From positions 1 through 36,189 of the forward strand of contig PXDP01000253.1 in the NCBI GenBank assembly GCA_003565035.1: a DNA stretch of 36,189 nucleotides, read 5' to 3'. The notes below the pieces were generated by a model that saw only the letters and a list, made by a program, of their open reading frames with translations, was not told the DNA's origin and did no database searches. The position numbers and the translations under genes were made by a program. This document shows, one piece after another, positions 1 to 7,977 of this stretch (position 1 is the first letter of the stretch; every line of letters starts with the position of its first letter). This DNA comes from PVC group bacterium. Lineage in GTDB: Bacteria > Verrucomicrobiota > Kiritimatiellia > SS1-B-03-39 > UBA6053.

Positions 1-122
1 CTGTCCAATCGACCCAAGTGCCGGTCCGCCCGGCTCATGGCATCCACCAGGCGCATGTCTTCAACCGTCCACGCACGGTGAATCGGAGCAGGTTCAAAGC
101 TTTTGTACCCCTCCCGTTTCAT
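1..122 (-). CDS. Fic/DOC family protein, N-terminal fragment (continues beyond window start)
   Basis: Hand translation of the reverse strand from ATG at 122-120 gives MKREGYKSFEPAPIHRAWTVEDMRLVDAMSRADRHLGRLD. The YKxFxPxP ... ADRxLGRLD pattern is the usual N-terminal segment of Fic-domain proteins. The catalytic Fic motif lies outside the window. The fragment is too short to appear in the ORF track. Confidence 0.45.
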   Translation of the reverse strand, partial: MKREGYKSFEPAPIHRAWTVEDMRLVDAMSRADRHLGRLD

Positions 123-170
123 CCAGGTTCCTGATAAATAACTTTTCATAGTTAATTTTATACCATTTTG

Positions 171-269
171 CTTTATTAAGAAAAGCCATTAATAAAATTT
201 TAGTCTATTTTCTTTATTAAGCCCGCTGCTTAATAAAAGCGAGTATAAAAAGGCCCGGCTTAATAAAAG
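171..269. repeat. AT-rich intergenic block with five copies of the core TTAATAAA (three forward, two reverse)
   Basis: CTTTATTAAG at 171-180 and 212-221. TTAATAAAA at 189-197, 230-238 and 260-268. The last two sit inside identical CTTAATAAAAG 11-mers, each preceded by a GC clamp. Confidence 0.7.
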
Positions 270-451
270 AAATGAAGGATTCGTTTATTTTGTGTTTTCT
301 TAGGATTCTCTTTCTTTGCGGCGGATTGGCATCGGTGTCCATCCTGTCCATCCGTAGTTCTCCACAATTTGTCTTTGGCCTTGAAACCCGAAATCTTCTG
401 TTGCTCCGGTTTCAGGCTTGTCAGCGGGGCGGGAGCTTGTAGGGGACAGGG

Positions 452-958
452 ATGAATGCTGATCCGTATCCGCCTCCGCTGCCGAACCATGTGTCTTCGT
501 CTGAATCGCCGTCGCTGGCGGTGCGGTGGTGTTGGATTGGCCTGGTGTTTGCCCTGGTGCAGTTCGGGCTTTCGGAGGCGGCTTTCCGGATGGCCGAGTT
601 GGGCGGACCGGAGCGGCTGTATGATGTGAGTAACACCATCGCCTGGCCGGCCGGCCATCTCTATGACCGTGCGGATATCCGATTGATCACCGGGATTCTG
701 GAGGAGTGGGTGGAGGAGGCAGAGGATGCGGACCTGCGTGCTGAGGCGGCGGCCTTGCTGGAGCGGAGGGGGGATCCGGAATTTTTAGAGGATGCCCGGG
801 ATTTTCTGGTTGAGCAGGATATTGACGAAGCCCTCAATCTGTTTACCGAATACCTGATTTACGGTGGCACCTGCGTGCTTTGGGGGATTGCCGTGGGGGT
901 GGTGGGGTTTCTGGTGGTTTCGGAGATGAACGAGCCAGAGTCTTTCCGCCTGCAATGA
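452..958 (+). CDS. hypothetical membrane protein (two predicted TM segments, acidic central region)
   Basis: 168-aa ORF. Hydrophobic stretches WCWIGLVFALVQFGL and GGTCVLWGIAVGVVGFLVV. No recognisable family. The competing overlapping frames look like low-complexity junk. Confidence 0.45.
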   Translation: MNADPYPPPLPNHVSSSESPSLAVRWCWIGLVFALVQFGLSEAAFRMAELGGPERLYDVSNTIAWPAGHLYDRADIRLITGILEEWVEEAEDADLRAEAAALLERRGDPEFLEDARDFLVEQDIDEALNLFTEYLIYGGTCVLWGIAVGVVGFLVVSEMNEPESFRLQ

Positions 959-987
959 GCGGGGCACGGGACTGTTTGCGGTCGCGC

Positions 988-1536
988 TTACATTTTGTGA
1001 AGAAATATACCGCTGATGGCGAGAATCAGCAGTGTGCTGATCCAGAAAAAAACGGGATGAGATGTCGGTGCAGGAGGAGGAGTCTCGCTGGCGGCTTCTG
1101 GGGCTTCGGACCCGGGCAGGGGCGTGGGCAGGGGCAGAGGGGACGCTGGGTTGTCGACTGTTTGCGGCCCGTTTACCGTGGAGGTGTGGGCACCGGGCCG
1201 ATGGTGCAGCGACACTTCGCTGGTGGCAAATTTGGGGTCCCGCCGGAGGAGAATGGCCTGAATATCTTTCAGGGTGTTGCGGGCGTTGTCGGCCGCTTCC
1301 GGGCTTTCGAATGGCCCAAAAAAATAGGTCAGGTTTTCATGACGGTATTGTACGTATTCGCCGGGGTCGGTGGGCTCGGCTTCGGGGAGGGGTTTTGGCT
1401 GCCAGGTGTCGAAGAGTTCTTCGAGGGTGAGGCGGGTGAGGTCGTCGATGGCCCCGCCGGGAAACTGCCAGATTTGTGCTGGAAGTGGGCTGCTGAACAT
1501 GAGGAGCAACAAAGAAAGACGGATGGAATCACGCAT
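988..1536 (-). CDS. hypothetical exported protein with Pro-rich linker and C-terminal TM anchor
   Basis: I chose the internal ATG at 1536 (MRDSIRLSLLLLMFSSPLPAQ, signal-peptide-like) over the track start at 1590. The C-terminus VFFWISTLLILAISGIFL is hydrophobic. The start overlaps the upstream stop (ATGCGTGA, 8-nt overlap), which suggests translational coupling. Confidence 0.5.
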   Translation of the reverse strand: MRDSIRLSLLLLMFSSPLPAQIWQFPGGAIDDLTRLTLEELFDTWQPKPLPEAEPTDPGEYVQYRHENLTYFFGPFESPEAADNARNTLKDIQAILLRRDPKFATSEVSLHHRPGAHTSTVNGPQTVDNPASPLPLPTPLPGSEAPEAASETPPPAPTSHPVFFWISTLLILAISGIFLHKM

Positions 1537-2278
1537 GAGGTCTCCAGGTGTATGCAAGTTCGTGATGATGAATCCAGGCACGTGCGCCACTGCCCTGCAG
1601 TGCTGTGGTCAGCTCTCGCCGGAGCATGGTTTCGTTGTAGGGCTTGATGAAGCAGAGATTATGACCATAGCGAACCTGATAGCCGTCTTCACAGGGGGTC
1701 TGCGTCCAGTCACGGGGGAGTCCGCTCATTTGCACTACGGTAAAGTAGACGACACCGTCCGGAGGGCGGCAAAGGGTCAGCAGTGTGTTGAAAAGATGAC
1801 TGCGGTCAAGCCGGGGGAGGGTGTCAAGAAGATGTTCACAGGTGAAGACTTTGAAGCCGGAGGTGCGAAACGTATCCGGAACAGACCAGGGGGGGAGGAG
1901 GGTCTCCACCCGCCAGGCACCTCGGTCGAGCAGGGCCTGGTCGCCTGCGGGATCGGGCATCGCTCTGAAGCGCAGCACCGCGTGTCCTTTGGCCACATGG
2001 TCTCCGGCGAGACGCAATGCTGTGTAGGCTCCCTCTGCCGGGAGAGGCGGCTGCATCCGTCGGGCCACACCGAGATACCGGCTGATGCGCTGCTGCTCAA
2101 TCGCAAGTTCCACAGCTTCGAGTTCGCGAAGCAGTTCCGGGGGCGGTTCGGCGGGCCGGGGAGGTTCCGGCATCCAGGTTCCGGAAAAGCCCAGCGGGGA
2201 GCGGAAAAACCAGGAGGCGTCCCCATTTTTATGAAGAATCCAACCGCTGTTCAGCATTCGTTCGGACAAAGCCTGCAT
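1529..2278 (-). CDS. hypothetical protein (weak, degenerate class-I methyltransferase-like C-terminal half)
   Basis: The track ORF is 1529..2326. I prefer ATG at 2278 (MQALSERM) because the longer start would run into the terminator hairpin at 2321-2344. The segment FKVFTCEHLLDTLPRLDRSHLFNTLLTLCRPPDGVVYFTV resembles the post-motif-II region of SAM methyltransferases. No GxGxG SAM loop is visible. Confidence 0.45.
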   Translation of the reverse strand: MQALSERMLNSGWILHKNGDASWFFRSPLGFSGTWMPEPPRPAEPPPELLRELEAVELAIEQQRISRYLGVARRMQPPLPAEGAYTALRLAGDHVAKGHAVLRFRAMPDPAGDQALLDRGAWRVETLLPPWSVPDTFRTSGFKVFTCEHLLDTLPRLDRSHLFNTLLTLCRPPDGVVYFTVVQMSGLPRDWTQTPCEDGYQVRYGHNLCFIKPYNETMLRRELTTALQGSGARAWIHHHELAYTWRPHA

Positions 2279-2316
2279 GATGCGAATCTTGAGATAAACT
2301 TTTAAAAAAGCAAAAG

Positions 2317-2348
2317 AAAAAGCCATTCGCGGGGGCGAATGGCTTTTG
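2317..2348 (-). terminator. Rho-independent terminator (symmetrical, potentially bidirectional)
   Basis: Perfect 10-bp stem AGCCATTCGC (2321-2330) / GCGAATGGCT (2335-2344) with a GGGG loop. It is flanked by AAAA and TTTT. It lies 23 nt downstream of the stop of the minus-strand gene 2371..3267. Confidence 0.75.
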
Positions 2349-2370
2349 AGGGTCTTTTTAGAGTCCGGGT

Positions 2371-3267
2371 TTAGAAAAACACCGTGTCGTTCAATTGAAT
2401 GCTGGCGCCCGGCGTGAGGGTTGCGGGGTTAATTTCAGCAATAGCAACGAGTTCCTCGACTTGCCGCACCGTGACGGTCCCGATGAATTCATCGCCGCGG
2501 TGGACAATGGCTTCGATTCCGATGGGGAGGATATCGATCTCACCCTTATCGAGAATCACGAACTGAAAGGTTTCATTCACGGCCAGAACCGTGGCGGTGC
2601 GGCCTTTCCAGGCTTCACTGCCCTCACCGCCCGGGATGCGGGCCTGCAGACGCTGATCGCGGCTGGCAAGGTCCTCCTGCAGTCTGGCAATATCCACTTC
2701 CAGCGAGGCAATTTGATCATCGCGTTCCGTAATTTGAACATTCAGACTCTGCACTTGCCGTTCAAGGCCTTCTTTTTCCACGCGGAGTGTGTTAATTTCC
2801 AGCCGGCTCTGACGAAGATCCTCCTCCATGGAGACGATACGCGCCTGTGCGGTGGCAAGTTCCTGACGGGTGGTGGCAAGTTCGCGTTCGCGGGTGGCGA
2901 GTGTTTCCCGGGTTTCGGCCAACTGGCGCTGGGTCTGAACGAGTTCCGTGTAGCGCTGGTTGAGCTGGGCGAGGCGCTGCGTGGCAAAGCGGCTCAATTC
3001 TCCCAGCGTATTTTCCATGGAGGGCAGCTCTTCCGGGGTTGCGGGCTGGGGAACTACGAATGTTCCGGAGCGGCGGTCCTCTGCGGTTTCCCAGTCAACT
3101 TCCTGACCCCAGCTGAGATTGGCGGCCACACGCTGGGTGGTGTCCTGAAGCATAAGGGTCCGGGCTTTGACGACTTCCCGGTCACGAAAGAGGAGATAGC
3201 CGTAAATCGCCACGCCGATACTCAGCGCGAGATTCAGGATAATGAAGGTTTTGATGGCTTTGCCCAT
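2371..3267 (-). CDS. N-terminally anchored coiled-coil protein with small C-terminal beta-rich domain
   Basis: 298 aa. TM segment IKTFIILNLALSIGVAIYGYLLF. About 130 aa of heptad-like Q/E/R/L-rich sequence (LAETRETLATRERELATTRQELATAQARIVSMEEDL...). The C-terminal segment TATVLAVNETFQFVILDKGEIDILPIGIEAIVHRGDEFIGTVTVRQV is beta-barrel-like. Confidence 0.7.
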   Translation of the reverse strand: MGKAIKTFIILNLALSIGVAIYGYLLFRDREVVKARTLMLQDTTQRVAANLSWGQEVDWETAEDRRSGTFVVPQPATPEELPSMENTLGELSRFATQRLAQLNQRYTELVQTQRQLAETRETLATRERELATTRQELATAQARIVSMEEDLRQSRLEINTLRVEKEGLERQVQSLNVQITERDDQIASLEVDIARLQEDLASRDQRLQARIPGGEGSEAWKGRTATVLAVNETFQFVILDKGEIDILPIGIEAIVHRGDEFIGTVTVRQVEELVAIAEINPATLTPGASIQLNDTVFF

Positions 3268-3299
3268 GATATGTCTCCGAGGTTGTGTCAGAAGGTAAT

Positions 3300-4052
3300 T
3301 TAGAAGCTGTAGCTTAAGCGGAACTGTCCGATGGTATCGGTATCATCGGTAAAACCGACACCGGCATGAACGCCCATCTGCAGGGCATCCGTGAAGTTGT
3401 AGACCATGCCGCCGAGTCCGAGGAGCGAGTTGTCGTCGGGATTGGTGTCGGCTTTGTCGGTGAAGCGGACTTCCGCCACGAACACGAGCTGTTCGGAGAC
3501 ATGCCAAAGAACGGAGGAGGACAGCAGGAACTGGTTGTCCGTGTTGGGGTTTACGCGGTAGCTTGCATCCCAAACCCAGGAAATGAAGTCGTACATTTTA
3601 TCGCCATAGCTGATGCCGGCGGTGACAACGGGGTCTCCTGCACCCAGGCCTTTGTCCTCATCGCCGGTGGGCAGGGTCACTGTGAGGTGGGGGATAAAGT
3701 AGGGGTAGCCGAAAATATCCTGATATGCGCGGAGAAGAACGCTCAACTCCACGTCGCCGATTCCGGATTCGCTGCTGCCCATGTCGGGTTCGACATTTAC
3801 AAAAGGCACTCCAACCTGAACCGTGATATCGCGGGTCAGCCCGTACCGGAGGTAGGGGACGGTTTCCGTGACTTCGGCGCCGTTAAATACGTCGGCAATT
3901 TCGCGGTAGCGAATGTTCACACCGGTTTCAAACTGTTCCCATTCGGGGAGGCGGTTTTCCTGGGTGAAAACGGTACGTTGGGTCTCGGCGGTCACCATGG
4001 AGGACACCACCAGCGTTGAAAGGGACGCAATAAGCCATTTAGAATGCTTCAT
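3300..4052 (-). CDS. outer-membrane beta-barrel protein (MetA-pathway/transporter-like OMP)
   Basis: 250 aa. Signal peptide MKHSKWLIASLSTLVVSSMVTAE. Alternating amphipathic beta-strand pattern. C-terminal aromatic signature ...FRLSYSF. The gene lies 32 nt upstream of the coiled-coil gene on the same strand. Confidence 0.7.
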   Translation of the reverse strand: MKHSKWLIASLSTLVVSSMVTAETQRTVFTQENRLPEWEQFETGVNIRYREIADVFNGAEVTETVPYLRYGLTRDITVQVGVPFVNVEPDMGSSESGIGDVELSVLLRAYQDIFGYPYFIPHLTVTLPTGDEDKGLGAGDPVVTAGISYGDKMYDFISWVWDASYRVNPNTDNQFLLSSSVLWHVSEQLVFVAEVRFTDKADTNPDDNSLLGLGGMVYNFTDALQMGVHAGVGFTDDTDTIGQFRLSYSF

Positions 4053-4168
4053 ACAAAAATATCTCCAGCAGGTTCATATAGAATGAGTAGGAGTACACCA
4101 TAGGCAGAACTTTTTCGTCTTGCCAATAGAAAATGTTGAAAAAAACTAAAAATGTTGTTTGCTCAGGA

Positions 4169-5137
4169 ATGTCCGATCCTCTGCTTCTATCCACACCTCA
4201 GGGTTTATACTGCCCTGCAGGCGATGTGTATATTGATCCCCGGCGGCGTGTGAAACAGGCTCTGATTACCCATGGTCACGCGGACCACGCCCGCTGGGGA
4301 CACGGTCTGGTGCTGACGTCCGCATCCGGCCGGGAGATCGTTCAGCACCGGGTCGGGCCTAAATCTTCTGTCAGCGGGCATCCGTTTGGAGCGTGTTTCA
4401 GCCTGGGCGCCGCGCGGGTTTCGTTTCATCCGGCGGGGCATATTCTCGGCAGTGCCCAGGTGCGGATTGACGTGGGCGGACGGGTCGCGGTGGTGACCGG
4501 GGATTATAAGCGGGGACAGGATCCCACCTGTGAACCCTTTGAACCGGTGCCCTGCGATCTGCTGGTCACCGAAACGACGTTTGGCCTGCCGCTGTATCGC
4601 TGGCCGGATCCGGCCGTTGAAGCCCAAAAAATCGATGCCTGGTGGGCGGAGAACCAGGCGGAGGGCTTTAACAGTCTGTTATTAGGGTACAGTCTGGGCA
4701 AGGCGCAGCGTCTGCTGGCGATGTTGAATCCGGAGCGGGGGCCGATCCTGCTGCACGGGGCGGTGTTGCCGTTTCAAAAGCTGTACCGCGGGGCGGGGAT
4801 TGATTTGCCGGACGCAAACCATGTGAATGCGGAGCGGCTGCGGGAAACGAAAGGCCGCGCATTGATTGTCGCGCCGCCTTCGGTGGTGAATACGCCCTGG
4901 ATGCGGAAATTGGAACCGGTACGGACGGGGATGGCATCGGGCTGGATGCTGACCCGCGGCCAGCGGCGCCGGGCCGGGTATGACAAAGGGTTTGTCATTT
5001 CAGATCATGTGGACTGGCCTGAATTGCTGCAAACGGTGGAGGACTGCGGACCGGAAGAGGTTTGGGCCATGCATGGCCAACGGGAGGCGGTTGCCCGCTA
5101 TTTTGCAGAGCAGGGGCTCAGGACGAAGGTGGTGTAG
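4169..5137 (+). CDS. ligase-associated DNA damage response exonuclease (metallo-beta-lactamase fold)
   Basis: LLLSTPQGLYCPAGDVYIDPRRRVKQALITHGHADHARWGH carries the HxHxDH MBL motif in the context typical of the ligase-associated exonuclease family. Length is about 320 aa. ATG 4169 is preceded by AGGA; ATG 4133 is the alternative start. Confidence 0.75.
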   Translation: MSDPLLLSTPQGLYCPAGDVYIDPRRRVKQALITHGHADHARWGHGLVLTSASGREIVQHRVGPKSSVSGHPFGACFSLGAARVSFHPAGHILGSAQVRIDVGGRVAVVTGDYKRGQDPTCEPFEPVPCDLLVTETTFGLPLYRWPDPAVEAQKIDAWWAENQAEGFNSLLLGYSLGKAQRLLAMLNPERGPILLHGAVLPFQKLYRGAGIDLPDANHVNAERLRETKGRALIVAPPSVVNTPWMRKLEPVRTGMASGWMLTRGQRRRAGYDKGFVISDHVDWPELLQTVEDCGPEEVWAMHGQREAVARYFAEQGLRTKVV

Positions 5138-5888
5138 TTGGAGGCTCCGGGACGTGTTTGGCGGCCCAGTCGCACTGGCGGGCGAGACCCAGCATGATTT
5201 TTACATCGTTTTCGGTGCAGGCACCCCGCGAAAAGATCCGCCGGAGTCCCATCATCATGTGGTTGAGCTTATCGTCTTTGCAGAAGCCGGTGGAGAGGCA
5301 GGTTTCGGCCCAGGTGTCGAACATGCGTTCCCGGAACGCATGGGTGGCGGGCGGGGAGCGTTCATCCTGGAGGGTGAAGCTGCCGTTAGCCACGAAAAGT
5401 TCATGGGCGCAGATGAGTACCGCCTGTGAGAGATTAAGACTGCTGTATTCGGGATCGGAGGGGATACGGATCCAGTGGGTGCCGCGTTTGAGGTCGTCAT
5501 TGCAGAGGCCTTTGTCTTCCGCACCAAAGACAAGCGCGACCGGGGAGCCGGTGGCGGCGATGTCCAGCAGTTCGGGGGCCCAGTCGCGCGGGGTTCGGGC
5601 CTGTTCGCGGTGAAAGCCGTCGATTCCGCTGGTGACCGCCACGGCACCGCAGTCGGCCACGGCCTCGTCCAGGGTGGCGCATTCCCGGCGGTTTTCGTAA
5701 ACCGGCAGGGCCTTCAGTGCCATTTTTCTGAGTTCGATCTGATCCAGGTCCGGGTCGGGGTTAACCAGCGTCAAATGGCTGAGTCCACAATTTTTCATGG
5801 CCCGGCAGATGGAGCCGATGTTGCCGCCGTACAGAGTGTTCACACAGACGATGCGGATGTTGTCGAGCGGAGAGGGGCGGGGGTTCAT
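5118..5888 (-). CDS. trmJ: tRNA/rRNA 2'-O-methyltransferase, SpoU/TrmH family (TrmJ-like)
   Basis: NIRIVCVNTLYGGNIGSICRAMKNCGLSHLTLVNP, ALVFGAEDKGL and IPSDPEYSSLNLSQAV are SPOUT motifs. The C-terminal extension is of TrmJ type. I chose the start at ATG 5888 (MNPRPSPLDNIRIV); the track start is 5966. Confidence 0.8.
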   Translation of the reverse strand: MNPRPSPLDNIRIVCVNTLYGGNIGSICRAMKNCGLSHLTLVNPDPDLDQIELRKMALKALPVYENRRECATLDEAVADCGAVAVTSGIDGFHREQARTPRDWAPELLDIAATGSPVALVFGAEDKGLCNDDLKRGTHWIRIPSDPEYSSLNLSQAVLICAHELFVANGSFTLQDERSPPATHAFRERMFDTWAETCLSTGFCKDDKLNHMMMGLRRIFSRGACTENDVKIMLGLARQCDWAAKHVPEPPTTPPSS

Positions 5889-6001
5889 GGCGGACCCGTA
5901 CCGTTTCAGGGGGCCCCTGGCAAATTCTCTTTTGGTTTTTCGGGGGGGGCTGGCAGGATTTCGCATTGCAAAAACATGCGCTTCGGCCTAAGAAGTACGC
6001 C

Positions 6002-6646
6002 ATGAAATGCCTTATCGTGTTTTTTATCGTTTGTGTTCAGCTTTCCGCCGCCACCGCTGAAACGGCGTTGCCCCGGTTTCTGCTGGTGGCGCCGGAGGCG
6101 ATGTCGGATGACGCTGTGGTCCGGGTGAGGGACTGGATGCAAAGCAACCTCCATTATGAGGTGGACGTGCTGCGCCTTCCGGCGTGGGAAGGAACCACGG
6201 CGGAAGAACAGATGGCTTCGCTGAAGGCTTTGCCGGAAGAAAATATACTTGTGACGGTGGTGATGGCGGAGCGCCTGGAGGAGGGACGGCACGCCGTGAT
6301 CCTGCCGGAGAGAATGCTGGGGTTTATTCAGGTGCCGCTTCTATTTGAGTCTCCGGAAGAGCGGGACTTCCGCCGTCTGGAGCGGCAGGCGATGCGGATT
6401 GCGGGATTCAGTTTGGGGGTGCCTCCGCAGCCGATGCCCTTTTGTGCACTCGCGCCCTATCGCAGCCTGGAGGAACTGGACCGCATGGGGCGGGGGTTTT
6501 CGCCGCCGACGATGGCCCAGTATCGGGCCCGGCTTGTTGAACGCGGAATTCCCCTGAGCCCCGAGGCGGAGCGTCTGCTGCCCAATGTCCGCGTCAATTC
6601 ACCCGTATTGCCCGAAACCCGATTGAACCCAGAGGAAACAGACTGA
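6002..6646 (+). CDS. hypothetical exported protein
   Basis: ATG 6002 gives MKCLIVFFIVCVQLSAATAE, a signal peptide. No family recognised. Its stop overlaps the serS start (ATGA-type 1-nt overlap). Confidence 0.55.
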   Translation: MKCLIVFFIVCVQLSAATAETALPRFLLVAPEAMSDDAVVRVRDWMQSNLHYEVDVLRLPAWEGTTAEEQMASLKALPEENILVTVVMAERLEEGRHAVILPERMLGFIQVPLLFESPEERDFRRLERQAMRIAGFSLGVPPQPMPFCALAPYRSLEELDRMGRGFSPPTMAQYRARLVERGIPLSPEAERLLPNVRVNSPVLPETRLNPEETD

Positions 6647-7908
6647 TGCTTGATATTCGTACCCTTCGCCAGGATCCTGAAACCGCCCGCGCCAAATGGG
6701 CCTCCCGCGGATTGGAGGTGGATGTCACCGCAATCATTGCACTGGATGATCGCCGCCGGGCACTGATTGCCGAAGTGGAGGGGCTGCAGCGGGAGCGTAA
6801 TTCCGAAAGCAAACGCATCGGCCAGCTGAAAAAAGCAGGTGAAGATGCCGAAGACGCCATGCGTGCGGTCCGCGAGATTGGGGAACGGATTTCCGAGCTG
6901 GACCGTGAACGCGGGGAAGTGGACCTGCGCCTCAATGATCAGCTCATGGGGCTTCCGAATTTCCCCCATGACTCCGTACCCGAGGGCCGCGATGCGGATG
7001 CAAACGAGGTGGTGCGTGAATGGGGTGCCCCCAACGAATATGATTTTGAGCCTAAAGCGCATTGGGATGTGGCGGAAACTCTGGGGATCTTCGAGTTTCA
7101 GCGGGCCGCTGCCATCAGTGGGGCGGGGTTTGCCTGTCTGACCGGATCCGGCGCGCGGCTGAGCCGGGCTCTGATTTCGTTCATGCTGGATCTGCATACC
7201 ACAAAACACGGGTACACAGAGGTTCAGGTTCCTTTTTTGGTGAATGACAGCGCCCTGCTGGGCACCGGGCAGCTTCCAAAATTTGCCGAGGAGCTGTACA
7301 GACTGCCGGCGGATGAGTTATGGCTGATTCCCACCGCCGAGGTTCCCCTGACGAACCTGTACAGGGACCACATTTTTGAAGAAGACCTTCCCGTGAATTT
7401 GACCGGCTACACGCCCTGCTTCCGCCGGGAGGCGGGTGCGGCCGGAAAAATGACCCGAGGAATGAACCGCCTTCATCAGTTCGATAAAGTGGAAATGGTC
7501 AAATTTGTCCGCCCCGGGGATTCTTATGCGGAACTGGAAATCCTCACCGGACACGCCGAGGCGGTTCTTCAGGCACTGGGACTGCACTATCGGGTTATTA
7601 CGCTTTGTACGGGGGATTTGGGTTTCTCCGCGGCGAAAACCTATGACATCGAATTGTGGGCGCCGGGACAGAAGGCCTGGCTGGAGGTATCCAGTTGCAG
7701 CAATTTTGAGGACTATCAGGCCCGCCGCGCAAAAATTCGCTATCGGAATGAAGCCGGCAAACCGGAGCTGGTCCACACCCTGAATGGTTCAGGTGTGGCC
7801 CTGCCCCGGCTGATCGTGGCGATTCTGGAGCAAAACCAGCTCGCAGACGGACGGGTGGAAATTCCTCAAGCCCTGCGGCCCTACATGGGCGGGCGGGAGA
7901 TCCTTTGA
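6646..7908 (+). CDS. serS: serine--tRNA ligase
   Basis: 420 aa. N-terminal coiled-coil arm (MLDIRTLRQDPE...). Class II core motifs (FRREAGAAGKMTRGMNRLHQFDKVE, TLNGSGVALPRLIVAILE). Confidence 0.97.
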   Translation: MLDIRTLRQDPETARAKWASRGLEVDVTAIIALDDRRRALIAEVEGLQRERNSESKRIGQLKKAGEDAEDAMRAVREIGERISELDRERGEVDLRLNDQLMGLPNFPHDSVPEGRDADANEVVREWGAPNEYDFEPKAHWDVAETLGIFEFQRAAAISGAGFACLTGSGARLSRALISFMLDLHTTKHGYTEVQVPFLVNDSALLGTGQLPKFAEELYRLPADELWLIPTAEVPLTNLYRDHIFEEDLPVNLTGYTPCFRREAGAAGKMTRGMNRLHQFDKVEMVKFVRPGDSYAELEILTGHAEAVLQALGLHYRVITLCTGDLGFSAAKTYDIELWAPGQKAWLEVSSCSNFEDYQARRAKIRYRNEAGKPELVHTLNGSGVALPRLIVAILEQNQLADGRVEIPQALRPYMGGREIL

Positions 7909-7977
7909 CAAGTTCGGCTTCACCCTTAGATTACTTGATATTCGCTTCAAAATCTGAATGTTTAAGGAGATCCTGAT

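Noticed and set aside
880-2305. Plus-strand ORFs 880..1647 (255 aa) and 1370..2305 (311 aa)
   Set aside because: Both products are Gly/Arg/Cys-rich and implausible. The minus-strand ORFs have a signal peptide or TM features and an ATGCGTGA coupled junction.
2395-3303. 302-aa plus-strand ORF
   Set aside because: It is antisense to the coiled-coil gene. The minus strand has a TM helix, a coherent heptad pattern and a downstream terminator.
6457-7209. 250-aa minus-strand ORF
   Set aside because: It is antisense to serS and the preceding exported-protein gene, and has no motifs.
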